Notes under the pieces: generated by a model
Told to the model about the DNA's origin: nothing
Databases searched by the model: none
Seen by the model: the letters and a program-made list of their open reading frames with translations, nothing else
Part shown: positions 20,451 to 30,762 of the stretch, in pieces
Layout: the number at the start of each line of letters is the position of its first letter
Position numbering within the stretch: the stretch's first letter is position 1
Program-made: the position numbers and the translations under genes
NCBI GenBank assembly: GCA_947627055.1
Contig: CANQUS010000009.1
Span: 1,029-65,028 of the forward strand
Length of the DNA: 64,000 nucleotides
Reading direction: 5' to 3'
Source of the DNA: an uncultured Clostridia bacterium
GTDB taxonomy: Bacteria > Bacillota > Clostridia > Oscillospirales > Acutalibacteraceae

Positions 20451-22193
20451 TTATTCTTGCGAATTTTTTTGCTGTGAGGTATAAACCTCTCGGTAAATCT
20501 GATTCGACTTGAGAAGTTCCTCATGTGTACCTACCGCATTGATTCCGCCATCGTCCATAACAATGATCTTATCCGCGTGTTCAACGGATGAGATTCTCTG
20601 TGCGATAATTATCTTTGTTGTATTGGGTATCTCCTGTGCAAATGCCTGACGGATCATAGCGTCTGTTTTTGTATCTACAGCACTTGTTGAATCGTCAAGA
20701 ATAAGTATCTTGGGCTTTTTTAAGAGCGCTCTGGCAATACAAAGTCTCTGCTTCTGACCGCCCGAAACATTCGTGCCGCCCTGCTCAATATATGTATCGT
20801 ACCCCTTAGGGAATGTCGAGATGAAGCTGTCCGCCTGAGAAAGCTTACAGGCGTTTATAAGCTCCTCGTCAGCAGCGTTTTCGTTACCCCAGCGGAGGTT
20901 TTCCTTTATTGTGCCTGAGAACAAAACATTCTTTTGCAGAACTACCGCGACAGAGTTACGGAGAACCTCGAGGTCGTAATCACGGACGTCACGGCCACCC
21001 ACAAGCACCTTGCCATCCGTTGCGTCATAAAGGCGGGGTATAAGGTTTACAAGGCTTGTTTTGCCCGAGCCTGTGCCGCCTATTATGCCGACAGTCTCGC
21101 CCGAAGCGATAGAAACGGATATATTGCTGAGTGAAAGCTCTCCGCCCTTTTGATAACCGAAGCTTACGTTGTCAAAAACTACCGAGCCGTCCTTTACTTC
21201 CTTTACGGGGTTTTCGCCGTTTACTATGTCGCTCTCCTCGTCAAGTATCTCTGTGATTCTCTCCATGGATGCGCGCGAAATAATTATCATGACAAAAATC
21301 ATCGAGAGCATCATAAGGCTCATAAGTATCTGCATAGTGTATGTAATAAGGCTCATAAGCTGTCCCGTTGTCATACCGACATCGGGGTCGTTGCCGGATG
21401 CAACGATAAGCCTTGCGCCAAACCATGAAATAAAGATCATACAGCCATATACGCAAAACTGCATAAGAGGAGAGTTCCATGCTATTAGCTTTTCAGCCTT
21501 GCTGAAGTCATTGTATATGGATCTTGATATGTTGCCGAATTTTTTCTTTTCGTGATCCTCCCGTACAAAGGATTTTACTACTCTTATACCATACAGATTT
21601 TCTTGAACAACGTTGTTGAGCTTATCGTATGTCTTGAATACACGCTCAAAAACCGGGTGTGCCTTACTCATTATTAAGAATAAGCCGACGGCAAGTATCG
21701 GAACGCATAGCAGAAATATACACGCCATTGACGCGTTGACACTAAACGACATGACCATTGCAAAAATAAGCATTATCGGCGCGCGAACGGCGACACGAAT
21801 GATCATCATATAGGAGAGCTGGACGTTTGTAACGTCTGTCGTAAGCCTTGTAACGATACTTGCGGTTGAGAATTTGTCGATATTCGAAAACGAAAAATTC
21901 TGAACTCTGTAATACATATCCTTTCTGAGATTTTTAGCAAAGCCGGCGGACGCTATCGCCGCACTCCTGCCCGACAGTGCTCCGAACATAAGCGAAATAA
22001 CGGCAAATATAACAAGCAAAGCGCCTGTCTTGACTATATAATCCAGGTTGCCGTAGTCAATACCATAGTCTATGAGATCCGCCATAAAAAGAGGTATTAC
22101 TACTTCCATTACGACCTCAAGTATAACAAAAATCGGAGCAAGTATCGAGTGCTTTTTGTATTCTCTAACACTTGCCAAAAGCTTTTTTATCAT
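20451..22193 (-). CDS. ABC exporter, fused permease/ATPase (heterodimer partner 1)
   Basis: 580-aa ORF with Walker A GGTGSGKTS and signature VSGGQKQR. Confidence 0.9.
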   Translation of the reverse strand: MIKKLLASVREYKKHSILAPIFVILEVVMEVVIPLFMADLIDYGIDYGNLDYIVKTGALLVIFAVISLMFGALSGRSAAIASAGFAKNLRKDMYYRVQNFSFSNIDKFSTASIVTRLTTDVTNVQLSYMMIIRVAVRAPIMLIFAMVMSFSVNASMACIFLLCVPILAVGLFLIMSKAHPVFERVFKTYDKLNNVVQENLYGIRVVKSFVREDHEKKKFGNISRSIYNDFSKAEKLIAWNSPLMQFCVYGCMIFISWFGARLIVASGNDPDVGMTTGQLMSLITYTMQILMSLMMLSMIFVMIIISRASMERITEILDEESDIVNGENPVKEVKDGSVVFDNVSFGYQKGGELSLSNISVSIASGETVGIIGGTGSGKTSLVNLIPRLYDATDGKVLVGGRDVRDYDLEVLRNSVAVVLQKNVLFSGTIKENLRWGNENAADEELINACKLSQADSFISTFPKGYDTYIEQGGTNVSGGQKQRLCIARALLKKPKILILDDSTSAVDTKTDAMIRQAFAQEIPNTTKIIIAQRISSVEHADKIIVMDDGGINAVGTHEELLKSNQIYREVYTSQQKNSQE

Positions 22194-22233
22194 ATGTTCT
22201 ACCTCCAGTAAAAATGTGTATATTCTCTGAAAA

Positions 22234-22695
22234 CTATGAATGCACGTTATCCTTTGACAGATTATCCTTTATTTTTTTAATAACAGCGAAGAAAGCGGCT
22301 AACTCCTCCTCAGTCAAGCCCTCGGTTATCTCTGCTTCGATCTTCTGCATATCCTTTACTATCAACTCATTAAGCTCCTTCGCTCTTTCAGTCAAAACGA
22401 GTTTTTTAAGCCTTGCGTCATGGTTTACAGATTCGCGGACAAGCAGTCCCTTCTGCTCCATAAAGGTCAAGCACTTAGAAACAGTAGATCTCCTGATAGA
22501 AAACTCCCTTTCTATATCGCGCTGAAAAACATCCTCGCCACTGTGATGGACCAAATATCCTATTATCCAGCTTGTCGCGCCCGTCAGTTCATCTACATAT
22601 TTGATATTCTGGGAGCCTATTACCTTTCGATTTATCATATTGTTGACCCTGCGCAGCTCAAGACAGACCGCCATATCATCCCGCAACAAAACCAC
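22234..22695 (-). CDS. MarR family transcriptional regulator
   Basis: 153-aa ORF with a winged-helix core (FSIRRSTVSKCLTFMEQKGLLVRE). It is the first gene of the exporter operon. Confidence 0.85.
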   Translation of the reverse strand: MVLLRDDMAVCLELRRVNNMINRKVIGSQNIKYVDELTGATSWIIGYLVHHSGEDVFQRDIEREFSIRRSTVSKCLTFMEQKGLLVRESVNHDARLKKLVLTERAKELNELIVKDMQKIEAEITEGLTEEELAAFFAVIKKIKDNLSKDNVHS

Positions 22696-22705
22696 CCCCT
22701 AAAAT

Positions 22706-22740
22706 AATGTTAGATTTAAAACTGTTCCATATCTAACATT
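22706..22740. promoter_or_regulatory. candidate MarR operator (perfect 10-bp inverted repeat)
   Basis: aatgttagat (22706-22715) and atctaacatt (22731-22740) lie directly upstream of the marR start. Confidence 0.5.
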
Positions 22741-22850
22741 ATAGTGTAAAAGCTAACCAATGTCAAGGTATGGAATATCACTATTATCTCTTTAAATCCA
22801 CAAAAATTTATGTTAAAATTCTTTAGAAACTTAGTCTTTAGGTGACAGCT

Positions 22851-23378
22851 ATGAATGAATACAAATTGATACGTTCAAAGAGAAAAACCCTCTCATTAGA
22901 GATCTCCCGTGACATGACACTCGTCGTACGTGCGCCGATCAGGCTTCAAAAAAGCGAAATAGACAAGTTCGTATCATCACACAAGAAATGGATAGAAAAG
23001 CATATGGAGATAATGCGTCATAGATCCGAACTATACCCTGAGGAGTTATCTAACGAGGAGGTCAAGGATCTGATCGAAAAAGCGAAGCAGCTCATTCCGA
23101 AAAGGCTTGAATACTATTCCAATATGATGGAGCTGTACCCCACAGCCGTAAAAATAACGGGCGCCAAAACACGCTTTGGGAGCTGCAGCGGACGAGACAG
23201 CATCTGCTTTTCATACCGACTCATGCAATATCCCGATGAAGCTATAGATTATGTGATAGTCCACGAGCTTGCTCACATAATGCATAAAAATCACGGCAAA
23301 GAGTTTTACTCACTCATAGAAAGGTATATTCCCGATTACAAGAGAAGAGAGAAGCTGCTAAAAGGAATCAATCAATAA
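22851..23378 (+). CDS. YgjP-like (DUF45) zinc metallopeptidase
   Basis: HExxH motif HELAHIMHKNH. Likely ATG at 22851 (MNEYKLIRSKRKT). The track ORF starts at GTG 22842. Confidence 0.75.
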   Translation: MNEYKLIRSKRKTLSLEISRDMTLVVRAPIRLQKSEIDKFVSSHKKWIEKHMEIMRHRSELYPEELSNEEVKDLIEKAKQLIPKRLEYYSNMMELYPTAVKITGAKTRFGSCSGRDSICFSYRLMQYPDEAIDYVIVHELAHIMHKNHGKEFYSLIERYIPDYKRREKLLKGINQ

Positions 23379-23428
23379 AAGATACCGCCTCGCACTGTAA
23401 TCATGCGGCGGTATCTTTATATAAAGTA

Positions 23429-23989
23429 TCAGCTTTTCATATAGTTTGTTATAAATGCTATCCAGCCGTCCTCAATAATTTCCTTGAGATGACTCGTTAT
23501 ACATTCGGGACTTTCCTTCATTCCCGATGTTACCCAATCTATTATCATACCTGAAACACCGTAAGCAAAAAATTTAGAAATAAACAATCTTTCCTTATCG
23601 TCTATCGGCTGATTTCCCGACAAGGTTTCTACTGTATCATAAAACAGCTTTGTTGAAACATCAAGCAGATAATTTCTGAACTCTCCCCCGTATGATATAT
23701 TAAGAGCGTTTCTATAGAATTTCGAGTTGTTTTTTATCTTTTTTAGCATTTCAAGGAATTTTGTGTACCAGTTATAAACCGAAAGACCGTCAACAAGTTC
23801 CGATATAACTTCATTATAAAAAATCATATTCAAAAGCTCGTATTTATCATGGAAATGGTAATAAAACGTCTGACGGTTTATCCCGCATTCCTCGGATATA
23901 TCCGTGACTGTTATTTTATCAAACTGTTTTTTAGCCATAAGCCTTTTGAAGCCCTGACATATCAATCCCCTTGTATCCGACGACGGCAT
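23429..23989 (-). CDS. TetR/AcrR family transcriptional regulator (DhaS-like C-terminal domain)
   Basis: 186-aa ORF with N-terminal HTH ITVTDISEECGINRQTFYYHF. Confidence 0.8.
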   Translation of the reverse strand: MPSSDTRGLICQGFKRLMAKKQFDKITVTDISEECGINRQTFYYHFHDKYELLNMIFYNEVISELVDGLSVYNWYTKFLEMLKKIKNNSKFYRNALNISYGGEFRNYLLDVSTKLFYDTVETLSGNQPIDDKERLFISKFFAYGVSGMIIDWVTSGMKESPECITSHLKEIIEDGWIAFITNYMKS

Positions 23990-24138
23990 TTACCGAACCT
24001 CCTTTTTTGATCAATTTTGACGAAGATCATCAAAAATATTAAACGTTCGCTCAGCTCCTGATGGTACAATGGCATAGTGTAAAGGCGTACGGTTGTTTCA
24101 GCATAATAAAAAACACAACGGCAGGTTTTGAAAAATTG

Positions 24139-26184
24139 CTAATTCAATGTACCTCCAACATTAGAAAACAGCCTCTTGACCTCAAACGCAAGCGGACGGT
24201 AATCCTTTTTCGATAGCATAGGGTCGTCCGCTATTATCATTTCAGCGGCTTCCCTAGCGTCGTTTATCGACACCATGCTCGACATTCCCGCTATTTTAAG
24301 CTCAGGCAGACCGTGCTGGCGCGAGCCGAAGAAGTCGCCCGGTCCACGAATACGGAGATCCTCATCGGCAAGCTTGAAACCGTCGTTTGTATTGCACATG
24401 ATTTTCAATCGCTCAAGTGTAGCTTCATTCTGCGCGTCGGATACGAGTATGCAGTGACTTTTGACGCTCCCGCGTCCCACTCTGCCGCGCAGCTGATGAA
24501 GCTGCGAAAGCCCAAAGCGCTCCGCATTCTCTATCATCATAATAACAGCGTTGGGAACGTCCACACCGACCTCTATTACTGTCGTGGTCACGAGGACGTC
24601 GATCCTGCCGCCATTGAAATCGTTCATCACGGCATTTTTTTGCGCGGACTTCATTCGTCCGTGCAGAACGCCTATCCTGCAGTTCCCGAGAACAGTCGTC
24701 CTGAGCCTTTCGGCATACTCCTCGACACTCGCCATATTCATGTCGTTTTCCTCTACGAGAGGGCAGACTATATAGCACTGATACCCGTTGTCTATGTGCT
24801 TTTTTAGGAAGTTAAGCGCACGAGGTCTTATCGCAGAATCTATCAGATATGTAGATATCTTCTGCCTGCCCGGAGGCAACTCGTCCAGAACGGACAGGTC
24901 AAGGTCACCGAAAATCATCAGTGCAAGCGTTCTGGGAATAGGCGTCGCGGACATTACGAGCAGGTGCGGACTTTCGCCCTTTCCGAGCAGTTCCGCCCTC
25001 TGCGCCACCCCAAAGCGGTGCTGCTCGTCCGTTATCACAAGACCGAGCCTTTTAAACTCTACCCTCTGCGAAAACAGCGCATGAGTTCCGACTGCTATAT
25101 CGATCTCCCCGCATGACAGAGCCTCATAAACGGCACGTTTTTTTGATGCGGTAAGAGAACCCGTCAAAAGCGCAACGCTTATCCCGCAGCCGCCAAACAT
25201 CTCGCAGAGAGTGTTGTAATGCTGTGTCGCAAGAAGCTCTGTAGGTGCCATAAAGGCACATTGAAGCCCATTCCTTACGGCGGTATAGCAACAGGCGGCG
25301 CCTACCGCCGTCTTGCCGGAGCCTACGTCGCCCTGAACGAGGCGCGTCATAGGAGCCGGCGACATCATATCACCTATACATTCGGAAACAGCCCTCCGCT
25401 GTGCGTCTGTCGGTGAAAAGGCAAGCAGCCTGTAAAATTCCTCCGAAAAATCCTGTTTGATTCTATGGGAGGTCTCACTTTTAGCGGTTGATTTTCTGAA
25501 TGTCATACCGAGCTGCAAAACAAGAAGCTCCTCGAACGTAAGACGCATTTTTGCCGTCTCAAGTGCCTTGACATCACTCGGAAAGTGAATATTCCTTATT
25601 GCAAATTCAAGATCGCAAAGTCCGAATTTGTCCCGTATCGCTTTTGGGATAGGATCGTTAATACTGGGCGGGAGCATTTTCAGCGCGGCACGCATCGCCG
25701 CCTCTATCTTGCGCGAGGTAAGCGTCCCTGTCTGCTTGTATATCGGGTGGATTATCTCGTCACTTTCAGGCGAAAGCACAGCGGGAGACACCATCTCGAA
25801 GCTATTTATGTTGCGCTTGAACGCCCCGTAAAAAAGGAACTCGCCGCCGCACTTTAGTTTGTCATACATATAAGCCTGATTGAAAAACGTTATCTGCATC
25901 TGACTTTCATCATCACTGACGACGAGCTTATATATCGTCATGCCGCCGCGAACCCTGGCAGGCGGGTTGTTTCCGACGACATGAGCCCTTATACAGACGG
26001 ATTCGCCGGAGGGAGCGTCCGCAATTTTTACGGGCGCGCTCAGATCCTCATAGGTCCTCGGGTACATTCTGATAAGATCGCCAACAGTCGGCGCGCCCAG
26101 TCTTTCGTATAGTTCCGCTGTTTTAGGTCCGACCTTTGGCAAAGCGGTAATTTTCAAGTTGAACAGCGACATATCATACCTCAT
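24139..26184 (-). CDS. recG: ATP-dependent DNA helicase RecG
   Basis: 681-aa ORF with wedge domain, Walker A GDVGSGKT and DEQHRFG box. Confidence 0.92.
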   Translation of the reverse strand: MRYDMSLFNLKITALPKVGPKTAELYERLGAPTVGDLIRMYPRTYEDLSAPVKIADAPSGESVCIRAHVVGNNPPARVRGGMTIYKLVVSDDESQMQITFFNQAYMYDKLKCGGEFLFYGAFKRNINSFEMVSPAVLSPESDEIIHPIYKQTGTLTSRKIEAAMRAALKMLPPSINDPIPKAIRDKFGLCDLEFAIRNIHFPSDVKALETAKMRLTFEELLVLQLGMTFRKSTAKSETSHRIKQDFSEEFYRLLAFSPTDAQRRAVSECIGDMMSPAPMTRLVQGDVGSGKTAVGAACCYTAVRNGLQCAFMAPTELLATQHYNTLCEMFGGCGISVALLTGSLTASKKRAVYEALSCGEIDIAVGTHALFSQRVEFKRLGLVITDEQHRFGVAQRAELLGKGESPHLLVMSATPIPRTLALMIFGDLDLSVLDELPPGRQKISTYLIDSAIRPRALNFLKKHIDNGYQCYIVCPLVEENDMNMASVEEYAERLRTTVLGNCRIGVLHGRMKSAQKNAVMNDFNGGRIDVLVTTTVIEVGVDVPNAVIMMIENAERFGLSQLHQLRGRVGRGSVKSHCILVSDAQNEATLERLKIMCNTNDGFKLADEDLRIRGPGDFFGSRQHGLPELKIAGMSSMVSINDAREAAEMIIADDPMLSKKDYRPLAFEVKRLFSNVGGTLN

Positions 26185-26252
26185 TCAACAGGACATAGTT
26201 AAAACTGAAACCTCGTTAAATATTTGATTGCAGAGCCATTTCCGGAATGGAT

Positions 26253-26837
26253 CTACCTTTTGTATTTATCCTTATCCGCGTCCGTGATTTTCCTTATAAC
26301 TCTGCACGGGTTGCCGGCGGCGATCACTCCTGACGGAATATCCCCAGTCACAACGCTCCCGCCTCCGATAACCGTATTATCGCCTATTGTCACTCCGGGC
26401 ATAACGGCGACGCTTCCGCCTATCCACACATTATTTCCGATAATTATTGGCCAAGCTATTTCAAGTCCCCGATTTCGCTGCTCTACATCAATGGCGTGAC
26501 CCGCTGTATAGAAGCCGCAATTCGGCGCTACAAAGCAGTTGTCCCCAAATTTTACTTTTGCCGCGTCAAGTATCACAAGGTTGTGGTTAGAATAAAAATT
26601 TTCCCCAAGTTCTATATTATATCCGTAATCGCACCAAAACGTCTGCTCGATCCAAAAGCGTTTGCCCGTTTTACCAAGCAGCTTTCTTAAAATTTCCGTA
26701 CGCTCGTCAGTCTGTGACGGTTTGAGCCTATTGTATTCCGCGCACATATCCTTGCAGTACAAGCGTTCCCTAGCCATTTCCTCATCATAATTTCCGTCAT
26801 ACAGCATGCCCAACCGTGCCTTTTCCTTTTCAGTCAT
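26253..26837 (-). CDS. maa: maltose/galactoside O-acetyltransferase (hexapeptide repeat)
   Basis: 194-aa ORF with Mac N-terminal domain (MLYDGNYDEEM...) and left-handed beta-helix hexapeptide repeats. Confidence 0.8.
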   Translation of the reverse strand: MTEKEKARLGMLYDGNYDEEMARERLYCKDMCAEYNRLKPSQTDERTEILRKLLGKTGKRFWIEQTFWCDYGYNIELGENFYSNHNLVILDAAKVKFGDNCFVAPNCGFYTAGHAIDVEQRNRGLEIAWPIIIGNNVWIGGSVAVMPGVTIGDNTVIGGGSVVTGDIPSGVIAAGNPCRVIRKITDADKDKYKR

Positions 26838-26886
26838 GACCCTAACTTCCCTTCCGTTTACTCTGCTGTTTCTAAAAGTAATAATT

Positions 26887-27768
26887 TTAAATTTCGCTGC
26901 CGCAAATAATACCGTACATCTCAGGCCGTCTGTCTCTGAAGATCCCCCAACTCAGGCGCTCCCCCTCAATTTCGTGCAGGTCAAACTCCTCTGAAATGAC
27001 AGTCTCCGAGGTCCTGTCAGCGGACTGCATTATTTCTCCGAACTCATCTGTTATAAAGGACGAGCCGTAAAACGACAGCGATGAGGTCTGATGATTGTTT
27101 TCATATGACGGCTCGACTTTTTCAATTCCGACACGGTTTGCCGCAACGACGGGTATGACATTCGCGGCAGAATGTCCCTGCATACAGCGCCTCCAGTGCG
27201 GCATACTGTCAACCTCGAGTATCGGCTCGGAGCCTATCGCCGTCGGATAAAAGAGTATCTCCGCTCCCATAAGCGCCATACATCTCGCCGCCTCAGGAAA
27301 CCACTGATCCCAACATATGCCCACACCTATCCTGCCAAATGTCGTATGAAAAACCTTGAATCCCGTGTCTCCGGGAGAAAAATAGAATTTTTCCTGATAA
27401 AAATGGTCATCGGGAATGTGTGTCTTGCGGTATACACCGAGCAGTCTGCCGCAGTCAACCACCGCGACCGTGTTAAATCTCAGGTTGCGAGCGCTCTCAA
27501 AAAAGCTGACCGGTATGACGATATTGAGCTCCCGTGAAAGCTCAAGCATTTTTTTGACTCCGGGGTCGTTCCTCGTTTCATACGCGAGAGAATAGTACTC
27601 GTAGTTGCGTTCCTGACAAAAGTACGGTGTTTCAAAAAGCTCCGGAAGCAGAACGATATTCGCTCCCTGTGAAGCCGCCTGACAGACGAGGGCAGCCGCC
27701 CTCTCTATATTTTCCTCACGCGAACTGCCCATAGCCATCTGAACTGCTGAAACCTTGACCCTGTTCAT
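26887..27768 (-). CDS. aguB: N-carbamoylputrescine amidase / C-N hydrolase
   Basis: 293-aa ORF with LPELF, YRKTHIP and ICWDQWFPE motifs (nitrilase-superfamily Glu-Lys-Cys). Confidence 0.8.
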   Translation of the reverse strand: MNRVKVSAVQMAMGSSREENIERAAALVCQAASQGANIVLLPELFETPYFCQERNYEYYSLAYETRNDPGVKKMLELSRELNIVIPVSFFESARNLRFNTVAVVDCGRLLGVYRKTHIPDDHFYQEKFYFSPGDTGFKVFHTTFGRIGVGICWDQWFPEAARCMALMGAEILFYPTAIGSEPILEVDSMPHWRRCMQGHSAANVIPVVAANRVGIEKVEPSYENNHQTSSLSFYGSSFITDEFGEIMQSADRTSETVISEEFDLHEIEGERLSWGIFRDRRPEMYGIICGSEI

Positions 27769-27864
27769 ATCTGAGTTTCCCTTCCAATATTTTTATAAAA
27801 TAATAATTTTTCCAATATAACAATAATAGCATTTCAATTTATAAATTTCAATCGTCGATGCGCA

Positions 27865-29007
27865 TTATAGTGTAAAAACGGTCACAAAAAACAGAAGCAC
27901 TGCTAAAAACAAAATGTTCCACATCGTAAATCGGAAAAAATACTTCCCTTTGTTATCATTATGGTCCTGCACATAGAGCTTGTATGATATCAGGCTCGCC
28001 ATAGACGCTATGAGCGTTCCCAGACCGCCGATATTAACGCCGAGCAGCAACGCCCTGTAATCACTTGTAAAGCCGGACAGCATCAGTGCGGCAGGCACGT
28101 TGCTTATGACCTGGCTCGACAATATGCCTATCATGACCTCGTTTCCGCGCACGGTGTGCTCGAAAACGTTCCGTATAATATCTATATTCTCTATATTTCC
28201 AATAAAGATAAAAAAGCATACGAACGTAAGTATAAGACAGTAGTCTACCTTCAAAAAAGTCCTTTTATCGCATATAAAAACAGTGACTGCCACCATGGCA
28301 AGCAGAATATAATACGGCAGAACGCGGCACACCGAGAGTATCCCCAGCACAAAGAGGAATGTATATACCACCGTCAGTGCCTTAGCCTTTGGGCCGGGCT
28401 TATCACTTGTTTTCGCTGTTGAGAGAAGCTTTGTATCGACTGCTTCATTTTTGCGAAGCAGGACAGCTGTGGTCAGTATGACTAACGACACGCCGGTATA
28501 CGGGAGCATAAAGAAGATAAATTCGGTCAGGGACATACCCGAGAGATTATAAAGGTACAGATTCTGCGGATTGCCGGTAGGCGTGAGCATACTTCCGAGG
28601 TTTGCGGCTATGGTCTGCAAAACCACAACAAATATCAGATCGTCCTCCCTGTCGGCTTTTTTGAGTGTCATCAGGGCAAACGGCACGAACGTGATAAGCG
28701 CGACATCATTTGTTATCAGCATAGCTGAAAAAAAACAAAGCATCACAAGCGCGAGATAAAGCTGATGTGTGTTTTTGATATGCCACAGCATAGTTGTGCC
28801 TATCCTGTCGAAAATACCTATCCGCTGAAACGCCGACATGATCATCATAAGGCTCAAAAGTATCCCAAGCACACGAAAGTCTATGTAATCAAGGTATTTT
28901 TCACTCGGCGCGACAAAAAACGATGATATGACAGCCAGCATAAACGCAACTGTCAATATCACCTCCTTTTTTACAAAGCAAATCATTTTATGTACTGCCG
29001 TTTTCAT
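27865..29007 (-). CDS. anion permease of the ArsB/NhaD (YbiR/citrate-transporter-like) superfamily
   Basis: 380-aa polytopic membrane ORF. Confidence 0.65.
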   Translation of the reverse strand: MKTAVHKMICFVKKEVILTVAFMLAVISSFFVAPSEKYLDYIDFRVLGILLSLMMIMSAFQRIGIFDRIGTTMLWHIKNTHQLYLALVMLCFFSAMLITNDVALITFVPFALMTLKKADREDDLIFVVVLQTIAANLGSMLTPTGNPQNLYLYNLSGMSLTEFIFFMLPYTGVSLVILTTAVLLRKNEAVDTKLLSTAKTSDKPGPKAKALTVVYTFLFVLGILSVCRVLPYYILLAMVAVTVFICDKRTFLKVDYCLILTFVCFFIFIGNIENIDIIRNVFEHTVRGNEVMIGILSSQVISNVPAALMLSGFTSDYRALLLGVNIGGLGTLIASMASLISYKLYVQDHNDNKGKYFFRFTMWNILFLAVLLFFVTVFTL

Positions 29008-29032
29008 TATCCTATCACCTGACGATTCGTTT

Positions 29033-29069
29033 TCAGAAAAAAAGGACAGCGCTGCTGCGAGCGTTGTCC
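29033..29069 (-). terminator. rho-independent terminator after spoIIID
   Basis: Minus strand: ggacaacgct...agcgctgtcc followed by a T7 run. Confidence 0.7.
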
Positions 29070-29075
29070 CTTGCT

Positions 29076-29333
29076 TTAATCCTGTTTATCACCTTTATAT
29101 TTTCTTCGCGTCGCCATTCCGCCGCGGATATGGCGTTGAGCCTTATTTATTTCTAAAACGCTTTTTACCTCTCGATAAAGCTGAGGATTGACCTTTTTCA
29201 AGCGTTCGCTCACGTCCTTGTGAACGGTACTCTTGCTTATTCCGAACTTTTTGGCTGTCTTTCGTACAGTCGCCTTGCTCTGAATAATGTATTCACCCAG
29301 CTCGACGGCACGTTGCTCTACAAAGCCTTTCAC
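29076..29333 (-). CDS. spoIIID: sporulation transcriptional regulator SpoIIID
   Basis: 85-aa ORF with HTH ATVRKTAKKFGISKSTVHKDV and basic tail HIRGGMATRRKY. Confidence 0.9.
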   Translation of the reverse strand: MKGFVEQRAVELGEYIIQSKATVRKTAKKFGISKSTVHKDVSERLKKVNPQLYREVKSVLEINKAQRHIRGGMATRRKYKGDKQD

Positions 29334-29393
29334 ATAATTACCCTCCTATGGTTTAATGGTAATTTATATGAAAGTTATCGCAAAGGTATGCCT

Positions 29394-29888
29394 TTATCTT
29401 ATCATCACTCTTACGGTTTCTACCGAACCTATTATATCTTCATATGCGTCACTGTATGCCGCAAAATTTTCCTCATCGTTTTTGTCATAAACGGAAATAT
29501 CCTTCGTATCATATGCGCTCTGCGCCGTAGCCTTCGTCAGGGCTAACGACTCAAGCGCTGTATCGCAAAGGCTTTTCAACTCCTCATCCGTCTTACTTAG
29601 CAGCTCCGTTGCGTCAAGCCCTCTGATTTTTCCAAGGGACTCTTCAATTTCAGACAGCTTGTCAATATAATTCTTCGTTGATTTTTTATCCTTGTAGTCC
29701 CACTTTTCCTTGATTTTATTAAGCTCTCTATTCTGCATCAGGAGCGTATCCGTATATGAAGAAAGCTGTTCATAATACTCGCGACTCCTGCCCGCCTCCT
29801 CTGCCGAACAGGCGGAAAGTACAAACATCATAACAGAAAGAAGTATCATAAAGAACGATCTCCTTAAAAGAGAGGCTGCCAACTTCAT
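29394..29888 (-). CDS. hypothetical lipoprotein
   Basis: 164-aa ORF with signal peptide and lipobox LSAC. No recognisable domain. Confidence 0.6.
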   Translation of the reverse strand: MKLAASLLRRSFFMILLSVMMFVLSACSAEEAGRSREYYEQLSSYTDTLLMQNRELNKIKEKWDYKDKKSTKNYIDKLSEIEESLGKIRGLDATELLSKTDEELKSLCDTALESLALTKATAQSAYDTKDISVYDKNDEENFAAYSDAYEDIIGSVETVRVMIR

Positions 29889-29913
29889 CCAAGGACTCTC
29901 CTTTCAATGAAAA

Positions 29914-30651
29914 TCACTCATATGCCATTTCAAAGGTCCCGTCATTCTCGTACACCGTCTTGTAAAGCTCCATCGCATAGTCTCGGCAATATTGCTTGAT
30001 TTGTCCGGCGGCGTTTAGCTTGTATATCGTGCCGCTGCCGTTTAATTCCTTTTCATTTGAAAGTATCTCCCTATACTTTGCGTCTATGCCCGCTGCCCAC
30101 TCGTCGTATTCGCTTTGAATCGCTGCCTTTTTCTCATCTGAAATAGATGAGCCCTGAAGCTGTGTATTTGCGTTTGCCGCCTCCGTGACCCAATAATCCT
30201 TATATTTAAGCAAGGTATTTATCATATCCGAGTCATTCAAGGCAGTCTTTATTTCTTCCTCATAGTCAGCATCAAGCTTGTTGCCTGCGAACAGTTCGTC
30301 AAAGTCTGCGTTATCCGTGGAGCTTGAGCTTTCACTCGGGGTTTGCGCCCTGCTTGCGTTATCCATGTTCTGTGACTCATCTATGCTTTCCTCATCTGAG
30401 GGCTTCTCCTCTAAGGAAGTATCATGCAGACTTTCATCATAATCGGCGTCGGGATCCGAGTTGTCATTGTCATTAGGATCCATAGCCTCGGAGATTTCAG
30501 CGCTGCTGTCGCCGTCCGCACTGCCGTCCGCAGCCGAAGTGTCTGATACCGCCGATTTATAATCATCCACTTCCTCACCGCAGCCTGCGAATGACAGCGC
30601 ACAAATGGTCATCGCTGCAAATACAGCGGCAACTTTATAATTCCTTTTCAT
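29914..30651 (-). CDS. hypothetical acidic lipoprotein
   Basis: Likely start MKRNYKV (ATG 30649-30651, RBS AAAGGGGA) and lipobox FAGC, followed by a long D/E/S-rich linker and a helical C-terminal domain. Confidence 0.6.
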   Translation of the reverse strand: MKRNYKVAAVFAAMTICALSFAGCGEEVDDYKSAVSDTSAADGSADGDSSAEISEAMDPNDNDNSDPDADYDESLHDTSLEEKPSDEESIDESQNMDNASRAQTPSESSSSTDNADFDELFAGNKLDADYEEEIKTALNDSDMINTLLKYKDYWVTEAANANTQLQGSSISDEKKAAIQSEYDEWAAGIDAKYREILSNEKELNGSGTIYKLNAAGQIKQYCRDYAMELYKTVYENDGTFEMAYE

Positions 30652-30762
30652 ATTATGCATCCCCTTTAACAAGTCAAAACACATATATCTATATGATTAT
30701 ATTACCACAATTTTGCTATTTTTTCAAGCATAGTAAAATTACATTTTTGCCATAAATCGTTT

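Noticed and set aside
26224-26499. 91-aa Pro/Ile/Thr-rich ORF on the plus strand
   Set aside because: It is the antisense reading of the hexapeptide-repeat region of the acetyltransferase gene.
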